Shown here in pieces: positions 24,801 to 38,250 of a DNA stretch of 64,000 bases. Origin of the DNA: Lingula anatina (taxonomy: Eukaryota > Animalia > Brachiopoda); the NCBI GenBank assembly GCA_051362555.1, contig CM120646.1, forward strand, positions 7,130,001-7,194,000, given 5' to 3'. Each line of letters begins with the position of its first letter. The stretch's first letter is position 1. The translations under genes were made by a program, and so were the position numbers. The notes below the pieces were generated by a model, which saw only the letters and a list, made by a program, of their open reading frames with translations, was not told the origin of the DNA and searched no databases.

Positions 24801-27800
24801 AAATCTGTAGTTAGATTGTGTGGTAGTTATAGTATCCTTTGAATATGTGATAGTAACAAAAGAAATGAATAGTCATGATTTAATGTATAGAGTCTTATTA
24901 CTGCACTTAAAATGTACTGTATTTGGATTGAAATGTAACCCTTTAATAATTTCCCCATATTCAACAGTAGTGTATTTAGAAGTTAGATTGTGTAAAAAAG
25001 GCCAATAATGCTACACATGTGCAAGCCAGGCACATCTGATGCAGTACATTAAATTGTTTGAACCGATTTTTTTATGTTTTACTGAGCCACTCCCTTGTGT
25101 GTGTCATTCCCAGTAGCAGCTTTAGTAAAGCACAAAAATCCACAGCAGTCTGAATTATACATCCACATGTAGATATAATTTCTATTCTTGTATAGAGTTT
25201 ATATGGTTTATTTTTAAAAGAAGCCTAATTGGGAGCAAACGTTCCTGTTTTTTAATTAAAAAAAAAAAAAAAAAATTATGGGATCTTCAAAAACAATTTA
25301 AATTTTGATATATTAAAATATAAAACATACAATATATTAAACCTTTATTGGCCAATTGATATTTTGTAGTTTACAGGCTAAAAAAGCCAAAGATGGTATG
25401 GATGACCCCGCTCTCATATCGAGGTGCGACGTTTTGTTTCTGTGCTTTGTGGAACCCCATCACTCCACCAAAGTTTCAAAACTTATTGAGTTTACGCGCC
25501 AGGTGCATCCTCCAGAGGGTACTGTGCAATACTGTGGATTTGATTTTTTAATATCGTAAGCTTATTTACTGGTTCATTCAGTGATTTTTGGTAAAAAAAT
25601 CCATTTAGAATGAAAACAGTGGTTTATGATACAATTAACGATTTATTTATTTATGGTTTATTATTTTATGTATCAATTTACGCCGAGCATTCGGGATAAC
25701 TTTTTTCGCTTTAGATTTTATAAATTGCTTTGAAGCTGCAAAACGTGCAACGGTAGGTTAAGTAGAGGACACCAAAGGCACGTTTCCCTCACTTTAAGCT
25801 ACAGAGGTATTTTCTTCTTGTTTTACTTTTTATAAGCTGTTAACACGTTAGGTATTGGAAATAATAAATCCTCTTGATGTGCCACTATAAGTTGAATTAG
25901 CCTGAGCTTTTTCCCTTAAATAATTTGTCTGATTCGCATAAAATATATTTTCCCCGAGAAGGAAGTTATAAAAAATATCATTTTTTTTTGCATTGCACTT
26001 TTTATAAATGCATGCTGCAAACAAAAATTAAGAAAAACAAAGTACATATGTTTAACAACATTTTATTATGCTTAAGCACAAGCACGGCGAAACACAGGAG
26101 ATTTGAACGACAACCAATATTTTCAAAATATCAAAATTATATGATACGATGTAATATACATGTTTCCAATATTAGGCACCCGCGCACACTATAAATGCCA
26201 TAGTACAATGCAGAATTTGTTTCTAGAATATTTCTCAAATACGTCTTTGCTTTTACGGTACATAGTTTTTTCGTTGTAATATTTATGGTGTACAATTGCT
26301 TTAATAAGATTGACAATTTCCCACAATTTGACCACTCTGTCGAAATAAACTGTAGAAAGGAATCAAAGAAAAAAATAGATGTTATAGCTTAAACTTAAAT
26401 TAAGAAATATGAACACCTCTATATTAATAACCATATTACATATCCTCAGGGTTATACAAAATTTTTAACGGTTGTCAATATTTAAACATGCAAGAAAAGT
26501 CAACGAAGAACCAAAAGAATTGCGCGCACCACCAATTTCAATATTCAGTGTCCATTGATGATTTCCGTTTGTCATTTTGTCTTTTAGCCGATGCAGGATT
26601 GCCTCCGTTTAAGTAAAGATAATTTAAGTCCGCTGACTGAAGGTCCTTTTAGAAGCAAAACATGTTTGCAAGTTGCAAGACTTCAAAATACCGAAAAGAG
26701 ACAGTTTCTGCTAGCTATTTGAACAGTTTCAGTGGCATCATTTTGAGTCCCAAGTGGTCTTGTGTCTACATACTTGGGTGTAAGGTTTGAGGGGGCGTCC
26801 AGCACCCCCCTTTAGCTCACACCAACGACTGAATACAGTACCATTAGTGTCTTATTCAGTATCAAGAAAACACAAATGTCTGTAATAATTTTGACATTGC
26901 TTGTCTCCAACATGTCTAAAATGTCATGCAATTCTCATGCTAGCACCATTACACGTTCTTTCGGTATTTGTTAGTCATATCCTGTACTTAAATGGTAATT
27001 TCTGTGGGCATTGATCTTTGCATGATAATAAATTACATATAATTCTGTAACTACGGAATAGAGCAATTCATTCCAAAAGTTAACCACCCAAAATACTTCT
27101 TACTAAAATAGCGTATAAACTATATACGAAAACATACATGTAACCAAAAGCATATATCGAATAATTCTTCAACTGATACTTTTCTTTTAACATTACGGAA
27201 TTATTTAAAAATACAAAGTCGAAATAATACTATTAGTTTTAATTTGGTAATGTTCATGTTCATGCACATGTTACACAGACACATATTTTGTTCTATTTCA
27301 TCCATAGCATTTTATCTCGAGCGTTTGTGTTTTAAAAGTAAAGTAAAAATATTGCAATGCATATCTCTTAATAAAAACTACAAACATCTCCTACTTATAA
27401 GCGAATTCTATGCTCTACCTTGAATTTTCATAATTACGAAATTACTTATCTCTAGAAAAAAGGTTGACAAAGATTGACAGTGTATTTCCAAAAAAGTCAA
27501 AATGACCATAGCTTTCAAATCAATGGCCGATATAATTACGCCTGTGATTTCATTAATACATTTGCAAACACGCCCTTGGCGTTATTTTTAATACTTGTTA
27601 TTATTTATTTTGAACAAACGAGTGGCATAACAGTAAAGAAATAATTCTGAAAGCTGTCTCAAAGCATTTTAACCAACCGGAAGTAAGATACGAGCAAAAG
27701 TAGTTCGGAGTAATTGGAGGCGTCCGGGGTCTTGTCCATTTACGGCCACCTAAAAAGAGATGTGTCATTAATGACTCCGCTTGCATTTCTTCTTGCCTAT

Positions 27801-28459
27801 TTGGTGTGCACAAGGTGATATTGTTAAAAACTATCACTAATTTTAAAAGCAGGGCGCCAAGAAGGGTTAAGTATTATACATTTAGCTTTCAATAAGATCT
27901 AGACTAAGGCATATTTTATACCGAGCCACGTGGGAATGATTTACTTTAAAGGGAAATTAACATACGTGGGTCCTTAAGAAAGGCAGTCCATAAATAGTAA
28001 TGATAAGAAAACAGAAAGTCATCCAATTTCAGTTAATATGTATTCATAGGTGAAACCAGGTCGCCCCCCTCCTTTCATAAATCAAAATGGCGAGTTCTGT
28101 TCCTTTCCAGGTACTGTCACAAAAGATAAAACCCACAGAGAATAGCTTTAAGTCATGCATACTACAACAACAAACACAATATTATACCATTTGTTAAGAT
28201 AGATTGAAAGGGTCTGGAGTCGTGAGGTCAGATAACCCCCTCAATTAATGCCCTGAATTCATCAGTAATGGTTATAATACAAAATATTATAATACACGGG
28301 GGTGGAGAGATTGGATTATGTTTCCCCCTCGCTTAATGCCCTGAATTTACCAGTAAAAATTGATACAAAAGATTATAAAGGGAGTGCAGAAGCGGGTTAG
28401 TTTCCCCCTCGCTTTAAGCACTCAATTTACCAGTAATGGCTAATACAAAATATTTAAAC

Positions 28460-28801
28460 TTACGGCCATAAAGAAGAAGACGTCTCTACGAGGGGTCCCC
28501 AATCGGAAGCATTGCTCGTCGGAATGTCTAGGATGGTCTCGTCGTTAAATGGGAATGTGTTCCAGTCGCCACATATGCCAACAATACGTTCGCACCAAAT
28601 GGGGGGGATTACAATCACCATACAGTGACGGGAAATATAGAGCGTGATCTTGAAGAATATGCATTCAATAGACAGGTAATACCCTGGTATGTGGGAGTTT
28701 AGCCACACAACCCTGATGCGAAAGTATGTCCCCGCAAACAAGACTGCCGGTGCGTCAATGTTTGTCTGTAAGATTACGGGTGGCCCAGGGCCATCGGCTA
28801 C
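28460..28801 (-). CDS. Secreted single-VWD-domain protein, copy 3, exon 3
   Basis: Acceptor ttacag|GTA at 28801. VADGPGPPVILQTNIDAPAVLFAGTYFRIRVVW...GICGDWNTFPFNDE...LWP*; 342 nt. Confidence 0.85.
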   Translation of the reverse strand, partial: VADGPGPPVILQTNIDAPAVLFAGTYFRIRVVWLNSHIPGYYLSIECIFFKITLYISRHCMVIVIPPIWCERIVGICGDWNTFPFNDETILDIPTSNASDWGPLVETSSSLWP

Positions 28802-29166
28802 CTGTAATTATTAAAAAACACAAAAATAAAAATGAAAGCTTTGATAAGACATTATTTACAGAATCTTAAAACATGAGGATATTTTAATATAAAATAAAGT
28901 CTATGGGATGAATATTAAAAAAAAAAAGCGTGCGCAGAATGGAAAAGTAGTCCGCGAGGAACCGTAGTCCGTTTTCCATATAACTTTGTACAGGTGTTAA
29001 TCGTCCCTCTTAAGTCCCCGGATAGACACTACAGCCACATTTATATGGTAACATTTTTAATTATAAAATTTTTCAGCAAATGTTATATTTGAAATATTGT
29101 AATAATAATGTAAATTGTAGTAGAGATACGTAATAAGAAGTTTTGACATGCTCAAATAAGCAAAAA

Positions 29167-29174
<8 letters not shown>

Positions 29175-29250
<76 letters not shown>
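29175..29250. repeat. (TA)n microsatellite; others are (AAT)n 2737-2778, 6083-6160, 38108-38185; (TA)n 8237-8301, 39587-39665; (TG)n 39068-39109; (TA)n(TG)n 41304-41366; poly-C 31757-31789
   Basis: Directly visible. Confidence 0.95.
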
Positions 29251-29254
<4 letters not shown>

Positions 29255-29805
29255 CAAGGTAATATTAACATGTTCCACAATTCACATTATATGCTATTCA
29301 AACCATATAGTTCAATAGTAATAACTACAGGTGCAAGTCTTATATTTGTGAAGATGTAAGACCTGTAAAAGTGCTTTTCATCGAGTAAACTAGTTAGTAA
29401 AATGTCAAGGTGAATGGAATAATCACAATTATGTCACACCAGTTAACAAATGCATATCGATATCAATTATCCAGGTAAATAGGAATGAAAATCTCATTCT
29501 CCTTTACTTTCACTTTAGGTACTTTCCTAATGATATTTTTGTCAGTCTGTGTCAGATATATTTATCATATTTTTATACATGCACAGTTGACACGATTGCA
29601 TCCATAGGTTAAAATGATATTAGTTTTGTTGCTAAGGTGATTGTAATTTTGAATTAAATTGGATAGCCAAACCGCCAGCACTAGTTGCTGACGCAGTGTG
29701 CAACTGAAATGACGTTGCAGCGCGGTATGGCATAAAGAAACTGCATTAAATAGAAAGGGACTGTAGAGAGAGAGAGATAAAGAGAGAGAGAGAGAAACAG
29801 CTCAC

Positions 29806-30083
29806 TTCCAAAGTGTACATTCCTGCGAAATTGATCTTGTAACGGACGATAACGCTGCTCCCCCAGCAGCCAAATTTCACAGCTTGCAATCGGGTCTTCG
29901 GGCCGCCATTGAAGAATTCGTGCCTTGTCAACACATACCACATACTACATCTACGAAGGCCTGGGAAACGAGGCATTGCCATAACTCCGATATGAGCAGG
30001 ACTGGTGTTGTACCTGAACTCCTTTTTATCGCAAGTCATATAGCGGATATCACCGTGGGCATGGCAATAACAAATGCCAAACA
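29806..30083 (-). CDS. Secreted single-VWD-domain protein, copy 3, exon 2
   Basis: Acceptor ccattccag| at 30083, donor |gtgag after 29806; 278 nt. CHAHGDIRYMTCD motif. Confidence 0.85.
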
Positions 30084-30319
30084 CTGGAATGGATATGTAA
30101 CAGGATAAGTATACCAGCAGAGAACACAGTTACGGCGCATTTCTGTGATATACATTTATTGTCAGTTATCTGAGATGGAACCTTTCATAATATGACTAAC
30201 TAGAAAAACACTCAGAAAATTTATACATTTATACTTTTCTACGTAAGACTAATTCTGACTTAGACAGGATGTTATATCGAAATCCGTCAATAGCATTGTT
30301 AGTTTGCTTCTACCAATTC

Positions 30320-30830
30320 CCAATGGTTATACTCTCACACTCCAACGGTCAAAGAGGAAAAATCAGAATTTGAAATGTAAAAAAATATGATCATCCTCCC
30401 GCAAAGACAGCCCAATATCCAAACACACTAAAGTTCCGCAATGCCCATGCACGCTCCCAATGATAAGCCTATCATCAATCTCAAAAAGTTTCAGCTTCCT
30501 CACTCTAATGGTCTAGAAAGAGTCAACAGAAATTACAACGTGAAAACAATTCATAATCAGCCACCCCCAAAGGACAGCAGGACGCCCAGTTGCGCTGAAA
30601 TGCTACCTGATAACAGTCTATCAATCCCCAAAGTGCGGACTTCTCAACTCTAATGTTCTAGGAGGAGCTAGCAGAAATGGCAAAGTAACAGAATAAAGAA
30701 ATACCCACCCCCTTGGGACAACATAACCCGCAGTTACACTAAATTAAGAAACAATCAAGCTCATTGATAGCCCAACCCCAATTGCTCTAAAGGATGAGTG
30801 CTGGCAACCATTGGCAAAGTGCCCAATAGT
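30320..30830. repeat. Degenerate ~140-160 bp tandem-unit repeat, possibly a non-autonomous Helitron/Helentron-type element (shorter versions at ~310-590 and ~14170-14250)
   Basis: Recurrent cactctaatggtcta..ggag..cagaaat core at ~30340, 30500 and 30647. Element class is inferred only. Confidence 0.35.
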
Positions 30831-31751
30831 CAAATTTCCAAAATGATTTGCTATTATAAAGTTCATGCATATGTTTGTAGCGTGAGAAAAATATTATTTG
30901 GTGTGAGGCATCGTCACTCAGTATTTTAATGAGCTGTACGTGTGTGTGTGTGGGGGGGGGGTAAGCAGATTTACCTGTTGCACGTACTCTAATGTATCAG
31001 AGCAACTTGTTTCAGCATATATATTACATAAATGATTTTTCTCATGAAACATGTCTTTTGGTGTAAAAAGGAGTTATATGATGAATGCAAGTGGACCCAG
31101 CCAGGACCTAATTAAGATGGGGTCTGGGCTTCTTAGGCATAGGACTAGATTTGGTACCTACGCTGATTTCAAACTGGCCATCTAGCAGATGCTCATCAGT
31201 ATAGTGGCTAGGTTGCTTTATCTGGTAAACGTCTGGTAATTAATTATAGGCTGGTGGTCTCGTTTGGACAATTTACCAAGTCAATATGTTTTCACTGGTC
31301 TCCTTGACAACATAAGCCATTAATAGCATTTTGGCAAAAAATACAGTGAGATCACGAATAGTGCTGGTGTAGAAGTTTAAGTCATAAGTAGCAAAACTAG
31401 GGTGTGTGTGACGGAGCCATTTATTTTACTTTTTATGCAAAAATAGGCGTAAAAGTGGGTGTTTACACAACAGTTTTAGTTGTAAAGTATGTACTTTCAT
31501 GCCCATTAGAAAAGGGGTGGGTCAAGCCACCCCTATGTGTAGAGGGTCTCCATAGCATGGGTCTCTACATGGGCGTAACAAAGTATACGCACGGATGCAC
31601 TGTGCGTACAATTTTTTGGCCAACCATGATATTATTTTATATAAATTTAGTGTATTTTTCACGGAATATAAAAGAAAATCCTCTGCTTATTAAAGTCACC
31701 TGTATGTAGGCCTACAAATCCTCTGTATCAATTGTATAGGCACAATTGTTC

Positions 31752-31790
<39 letters not shown>

Positions 31791-31933
31791 TCTCGCAAAC
31801 TGAGGTAAACAATGCCTGTAACCTTAACAAGTCCTATCTTAATCGTCCATCTAACTGTAACTTCCTTTACCTCTTAATTGGAGGGTTCAGTGGCCCTCAA
31901 CTCTTCTGTACCCTCTTTCTTGAGAATATCGAA

Positions 31934-32752
31934 CGCATTCTCGCTGGCGATATTTATCTCAGGATTATTCGCATTCTCGCTGGCGATATTTATCTCAGGT
32001 AAAAATCTGCCTGAGTGTTATTTTCAAAGAGCAGCTCCCGCAATCCTGGGGGCACTAGATAAAATCTGGACAGCTTACCCCTCCAAACTAACAGAGTGAC
32101 ATGGGCAATTTTTACAAACAAATAATTAAACTTAGATGTATGTTGGGGAGTCATGCATCCACATGTAAGGTGAATGAAACCGTATGTTAGTTCAACTCAG
32201 AGGTGGATCCAGGATTATTCGCATTCTCGCTGGCGATATTTATCTCAGGTAAAAATCTGCCTGAGTGTTATTTTCAAAGAGCAGCTCCCGCAATCCTGGG
32301 GGCACTAGATAAAATCTGGACAACTTACCCCTCCAAACTAACAGAGTGACATGGGCAATTTTTACAAACAAATAATTAAACTTAGATGTATGTTGGGGAG
32401 CCATGCATCCACATGTAAGGTGAATGAAACCGTATGTTAGTTCAACTCAGAGGTGGATCCAGGATTATTCGCATTCTCGCTGGCGATATTTATCTCAGGT
32501 AAAAATCTGCCTGAGTGTTATTTTCAAAGAGCAGCTCCCGCAATCCTGGGGGCACTAGATAAAATCTGGACAGCTCACTCCTCCAAACTAACAGAGTGAC
32601 ATGGGCAATTTTTACAAACAAATAATTAAACTTAGATGTATCAGAGCTCTGTCGTGTCGTACAATTGGTTGTTTTGGGGAGCCATGCATCCACATGTAAG
32701 GTGAATGAAACCGTATGTTAGTTCAACTCAGAGGTGGATCCAGGATTATTCG
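31934..32752. repeat. Recent 250-bp tandem triplication in intron 1 of VWD copy 3
   Basis: aggattattcg at 31961, 32211, 32461 and 32742. Units are near-identical; the third carries an extra ~31 bp. Confidence 0.9.
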
Positions 32753-33876
32753 AAGGGGGTCCACATATGCGAAGTTAGCCTCCTTTTAAATAAATATACC
32801 GTTCTGGGTAATAAGAATATTGAAACTTTTTTAATTGCGAGAATATTTCTGACTTAATGATGATTTTATTATTAATGGAAATTAAGCTGCAATGTGTGGT
32901 ACATATACTGTAATTACGCTGTCCTTCATCTTTTGCGTTAGTCTACATTTTGCTGGGAATATTAAAAATATGTGCGTACAATTTTTAAAGGTCTGGTTGC
33001 GACCCTTCTCTAAATAAAGTATTTGCCACCACAATATACTGTACATCTATTAATTTATCATAATTAATATAACTTGGAATATCTGATTATCATTTTACAT
33101 TTTATCTTTCTTAACCCTAAAAAATAAGAATAGAAATAAAATATACTTATTGTATTTTCTCATCCATAATTTCCTTTCTTGATAGCGTGCATTACATGAA
33201 AGTAGTTTTTTCTGCTTGCAATTGAAAATATTTTACCAACTCAAGGTCGCCCCCCCCCCCCCCTTTCCGAGGTGGGGGTTTAGGGGAATTCCACCAATTA
33301 TATTTTTAATTTGAAGCAAAAAGGTGAATTTAGGTAGCATTTCACCTACATTAGGAACCTACATTGTACATTAGGAATTAACTGATATTAATGGGAACAC
33401 TACATTTAACCTTTTTCAAAAGTTATAAATGCAAGGTAATAAAAAAAACACTTTTATGATCATTGATCGTAGCTTATTAGTTGTAAATATGTTTAGTTCC
33501 CTAGCTACCAGTCAGCCCCGACTAGTACCCCTCTGTTAATTGTCACAGTTACCGGTAGTTTTCATAGTATTAATGATTTTTTTAAATCCAGGTCTTCATG
33601 TTTAACTGTTTGTAAGGGTAAAGTTATTCATATAACTCATTTAAAATAAGTCATTTAAAATCGTAAATTTCTAAAGTGGTCACTGTCTCTGACACCTTCA
33701 AAGCCAAAGTCCTCTGAAATCTTCTTGTGACGGGTGTCTGGCTGATAAGAGCAACATATTTGTAGGACGACCTTTGCCTGAAAAGTTAATATTATTTGCT
33801 TCTTCTCTGAATTTTATATATCTAACTGAATGCTTTTTTCAATGGTGATGACAAAACTGGTAAAATCATTACTTAC

Positions 33877-34075
33877 AGTAACATGGCAGATGTTTAGTGG
33901 GAAAGAAACAGTCCCCATAGTTGTATTGCTCTGCGGGTGTCATTGAGTCCCACATGTCATTAAATGCAATTGATATGTTCTGTTCTTCCGGGGTAAGCTG
34001 AGCCTGGACAGAAACAAAAGCTACCATTGCCACAGCAAGGAACATAAGCACGATCACGTTTTTGTCTCCTGTCAT
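33877..34075 (-). CDS. Secreted single-VWD-domain protein, copy 3, exon 1
   Basis: ATG 34075, signal peptide, donor |gtaagt. Exons 199+278+342 = 819 nt, 272 aa, no stops. Confidence 0.85.
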
Positions 34076-34125
34076 CTTCAAGCTGGAGTCTTTCTGGCAC
34101 TGGTGTTCAAGGAGAGGTGCACAGC

Positions 34126-34223
34126 AACTGATGTTTTCTCTTCTCCACACATCTTATATATTCATTTGTAAGTGGGCGTAAAGACCGCCTTCGCCACGGT
34201 GGCACACAAAGCGTGCGCATGCG
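34126..34223 (-). promoter_or_regulatory. Core promoter of VWD gene copy 3
   Basis: TATATAAG 34160-34153, TCAGTT 34131-34126 (31-nt spacing), TGCGCATGCG 34214-34223. Confidence 0.7.
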
Positions 34224-34856
34224 TCTTAATTGTCACAACTGTGCCTCGTCTCTTTTTGAATCTTTTCCAAAAGAGGCCAGCCGTTTACAGAAAATCGTCA
34301 TTTTAAGCATGTGTTGAGAGCGTTTTTTATAAATTCTGCTTGAAAACAATGTCGATTTCATATCTCTCAAATTACCAGACCAACATTTTCAAAGTCCAGT
34401 TGTGTCACCGTTGCCTTTATTTTACCATCTAAAGCTTTTTGGCAGCTACCAATTTTAAATGTTACTAAACGATGTGCAATGGTGATCGGTAACACAAATG
34501 GCCAAATTTCCCAGGTGAAACCCCGTTAATGTTCAGACTATAATATTCAAGTAGGGTTACCATAAACTCTACCATGCCTTTAAGATTACGGGGGACATTA
34601 CAGTTGTTTCAGAAATCGATAATGCCATTTTTTATACATGTTTATCAAACGTCCATGTAACAATGGGCTGATTATGGGGTTTTTCTGAAATACTTGAAAA
34701 TATAACATCTTCACTGTGTCGATGGAGAGGACACACCCGATTCTCAAATTCTAAATTGATATTTAGATTATGGATAAGAGACGGCATTATAAATTTAACC
34801 TTCACTCCAGTAATATTTCAACGCAGTTAGAAGTGAAAGAAAGTCGATCTTCTCTA

Positions 34857-36505
34857 ACCACACTTAATTGACATTATTTATTCATATCATCGGAGACAGC
34901 AAAATGCATCAGTAGGCAGAAACTGCGCAAATAATTGAAATGCGTAGTGTTTTTCTTGTCTGTCAAGAAAAATGTTGCTGGTACCGGTGACTTTTTCAAG
35001 TTTAATTAAACGTCTTTATTTTTATGCACCTTCGATGAAAGTCTTCGTATTCATTAAAAAAGAATGAAGTGTAGGCCACAAAACTGACTAAATGAGGTAT
35101 GCAGCATGGCCGCCTTCCATACATTTCCAACACTCTTCTTAACTTTTGCCAAGCTTTATGATTATACTGAACACTGGATAATGATTGAAATCATTTCAAT
35201 GTCACACAAAGAGCTGAATGTTAATGTGATGCGTTAAAACCAACACCTCAGTTAATTGGTATCATCAGCAAAGAAGAATTTTAATCAAATATTTATTTGT
35301 ATTTTGTGTAACACGGAAGGGTTCACGCTTCTTACTTCTGTCACCTCTTTTAGTGCCCTTGGAAAACTTAACAAGATGTCTTTGAACACAGTTTTCAAAG
35401 CGCTTTTCTTCATATGGAATTTTATGTCCAAGAATGAACTTTTTATTAAGCGCTTATCCTTCAAATTAAAAGATGTGATGCCACACGAAAGACAACTCAC
35501 CACACAAAAATACTCAATAGTATAAAACGTGGTGGTTTGTTGGTTAGCAAAAAAGATCCAGATTCATCTCATAATCAATCAACAGGAAAGAAATTTGCTG
35601 CAAACTAACTATACATTTAGTTGATTTTTCACATTTTGTTATACTGAGGAATCCTGTGGTTAAAAACAATAGCTGTCCCTAATCTTCAAACACTGGTGCA
35701 TCCCCAAACCACAGATACAAACAAATTTACCCCCTCCCCCATCAATTCTCTAATTCCCTTTTAAAATACGGAGTTGTTTGTGATGTTAAGGCCTTGAGTC
35801 GGACCTCATATTTTGAGAACTAATCACTATTACACTGATAGTTCTTCTGTTGAGCTGTAATTATATAGTTGATTAAGATTGTGACTCCCCAGCCACACTT
35901 AATTGACATTATTTATTCAAATCATCGGAGACAGTGAAATGCATCAGTAGGCAGAAATTGCGCAATTAATTGAAATGGGTAGTATTTTTCTAGTCTGTCG
36001 AGAAAAAATTTGCTGGTACCGGTGACTTTTTTCAAGTTTAATGAAACGTCTTTATTTCTATGCACCTTCGGTGACAGTCTTCGTATTCATTAAAAAAGTG
36101 CAGGCCACAAAACTGACTAAATGAGGTATGCAGCATGGTCGCTTTGATTTTCCAAACATTTCCAACACTCTTCTTAACTTTTGCCAAGCTTTATGATTAT
36201 ACTGAACACTGGATAATGATTGAAATCATTTCAATGTCACACAAAGAGCTGACAATGTGGACGATGTTAATGTGGTTAAAAACAACAGCTATCCCTTATT
36301 TTCAAACACTGGTGCATCCCAAACCCACAGTAAATATGTAAATTTACCCCCTCCCCCAAACAATTACCTAATACCCTTTCAAAATACTTAGTTATTTGTG
36401 ATGTTAAGGCCTTGAGTCAGACCTCATATTTTGACAACTAATCATTAAAACACCGATGGTTCTTCTAGTGAGCTGTAAATACATAGTTGATTAAGATTGT
36501 GACTT
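34857..36505. repeat. Local tandem duplication within unit 3 (second copy internally deleted)
   Basis: ccacacttaattgacattatt at ~34858 and ~35893; both blocks end in gattaagattgtgact. Confidence 0.7.
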
Positions 36506-36969
36506 CAAGATTGTGTATCAAGAAGGTTTTTCGGAATGTCTTTTTTAGCGCACTCCAGCACAAGGTGTGCCAGAGTGTTGAAATAGCAAGACTAATAATA
36601 ATAAATGTAAATGTAAATAAGTTTATTAAAACACTTATTTACATTTACATTTATCATTATTAAACCTAACCTACCTTTTTAAATAGCAAACACATCTCTC
36701 CGCAAAATAACGTATTTCAGATAGGAAATTAACACGACGACATTTCTTAGACTCCATCTTTCCACCTTAACGGTACTTTCTATATTACTCTCAGCCAGCA
36801 GATAGTTAACCCAGTCAAGTCATGGGTTTTGCAAGGAGCCATGTCATAGGACGGATATTTTTAGGTCATCGTAATGCGTTCATATCAGACCAATAACAGC
36901 ATACGTATACTCATCAACATTTCCTTCTAAGAACCTTTCTATTCCTAAGTTCTTTTATAAGAATCGAAA

Positions 36970-38105
36970 TCATAAAACACATCGGGCGTCCTTACACGCG
37001 AGCGGCAGCAACACGTATTTTCCTTTCAATTTCACTCGCATTTATCATTTAAGTTAGATACACCTCTAAACTCCACTAATAGTAATATAATAAGATTTTT
37101 TGAAGACCATATTTAGCCAGAGGCATTACCTGTGAATATCCAGTGAAAAATCAATCAGTGGACCTGGTAGAGGGTAGGGATAAGCATATTTAAAGTAGGA
37201 AAAACATCAACTGTGTAAGTAATAACACAAACGCCAACCTTCTCCCTACAATCGTTAAAAGGTCTTTATCAAACTGGACAGTACCCATGGTCCGCGTCTG
37301 CTGTCACCAAGGATCCATTCCCACAGGTATTTGGAGCAATCTATATCCCTGGGGAGTCTCACTAAATTGCTATCAACGTAACCGGCTTAAATGTCTAGTA
37401 AAACTGTTAGGGGGTAATTACCTTAACCCCCTAGCTGATTTAGTAGGCGTGACAGACATTTAAGTCGGTTAAGTTGATAGCAATTAAGAGAAACTCCCCA
37501 GGGAGTTACACCGATCCAGATGGATCAACCTAAGCAGTGGAACTCGGTCCAAATTTCTGTTACCGACCACACGACCGCAAAGGCGGTCCAACCAGTTACT
37601 AGATAGTAAATAAATAACTAAAGCCATAGCGTGTTTTCCTTTCTATAGATACTCATCAATCGTCTGATCAGTTAAGGGTTTTATGCCCACAAGGGGTGGT
37701 TTTGAACTCAATGGTGATCCAAATAGATACATGTACCTCTCTCATATGCAGGTATGGGTCCTCTAAAAACCGATCAATAAACAACAATAATAATATAATA
37801 AAGCAATAAACTCTATCAGCGACACTACAGTTAAGTAATAATAATGTCGCCTCGCATTAAATGAGAACACTGAAACTATATGGAATCTTTTTGGCATTAT
37901 CTTCAAACTGTGTTGAGGAACTTGTTTTGTCCATTTGAAAAAAGGTACGTTCCAGGTATTTAAACGGCAAAGACCCGTATATAGAGCGGGTTTAGAAAAA
38001 ATTATTGGCTGAAATCCCCACTGCCCCCTGAAGCATCGGTAATAGATGAGCAGATGTACTTAAAATGAACGCACTCTGGCCATTTCCGAAGCCAGCAGGA
38101 CAAAA

Positions 38106-38153
<48 letters not shown>

Positions 38154-38250
38154 TAATAATAATAAATAAATAAATAAATAAATAAACAAATGAAAAATAA
38201 ATAAATAAACAGTGTAAAAACAAACCATCTTCTGCACTATATATTCTGTT
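36970..38250 (-). pseudogene. Probable decayed GPCR, unit 3 (interrupted by a palindromic MITE)
   Basis: Paralog of 18050-19200; FCPAGFGNGQSAFIL follows an (ATT)n tract. Confidence 0.3.
37311..37550. mobile_element. ~240-bp imperfectly palindromic MITE
   Basis: Absent at the paralogous site in units 1 and 2 (ctgtcaccaa|gtttct). Inverted arms ccctggggagt..aattgctatcaac..accggcttaaatgtct / agacatttaagtcggtt..gttgatagcaatt..actccccaggg. TSD either AA or CCAA. Confidence 0.75.

Noticed and set aside
31934-32752. CRISPR-like array (recurrent 28-36 bp motif)
   Set aside because: The intervening sequences are identical copies, not unique spacers; eukaryotic context; no cas genes.
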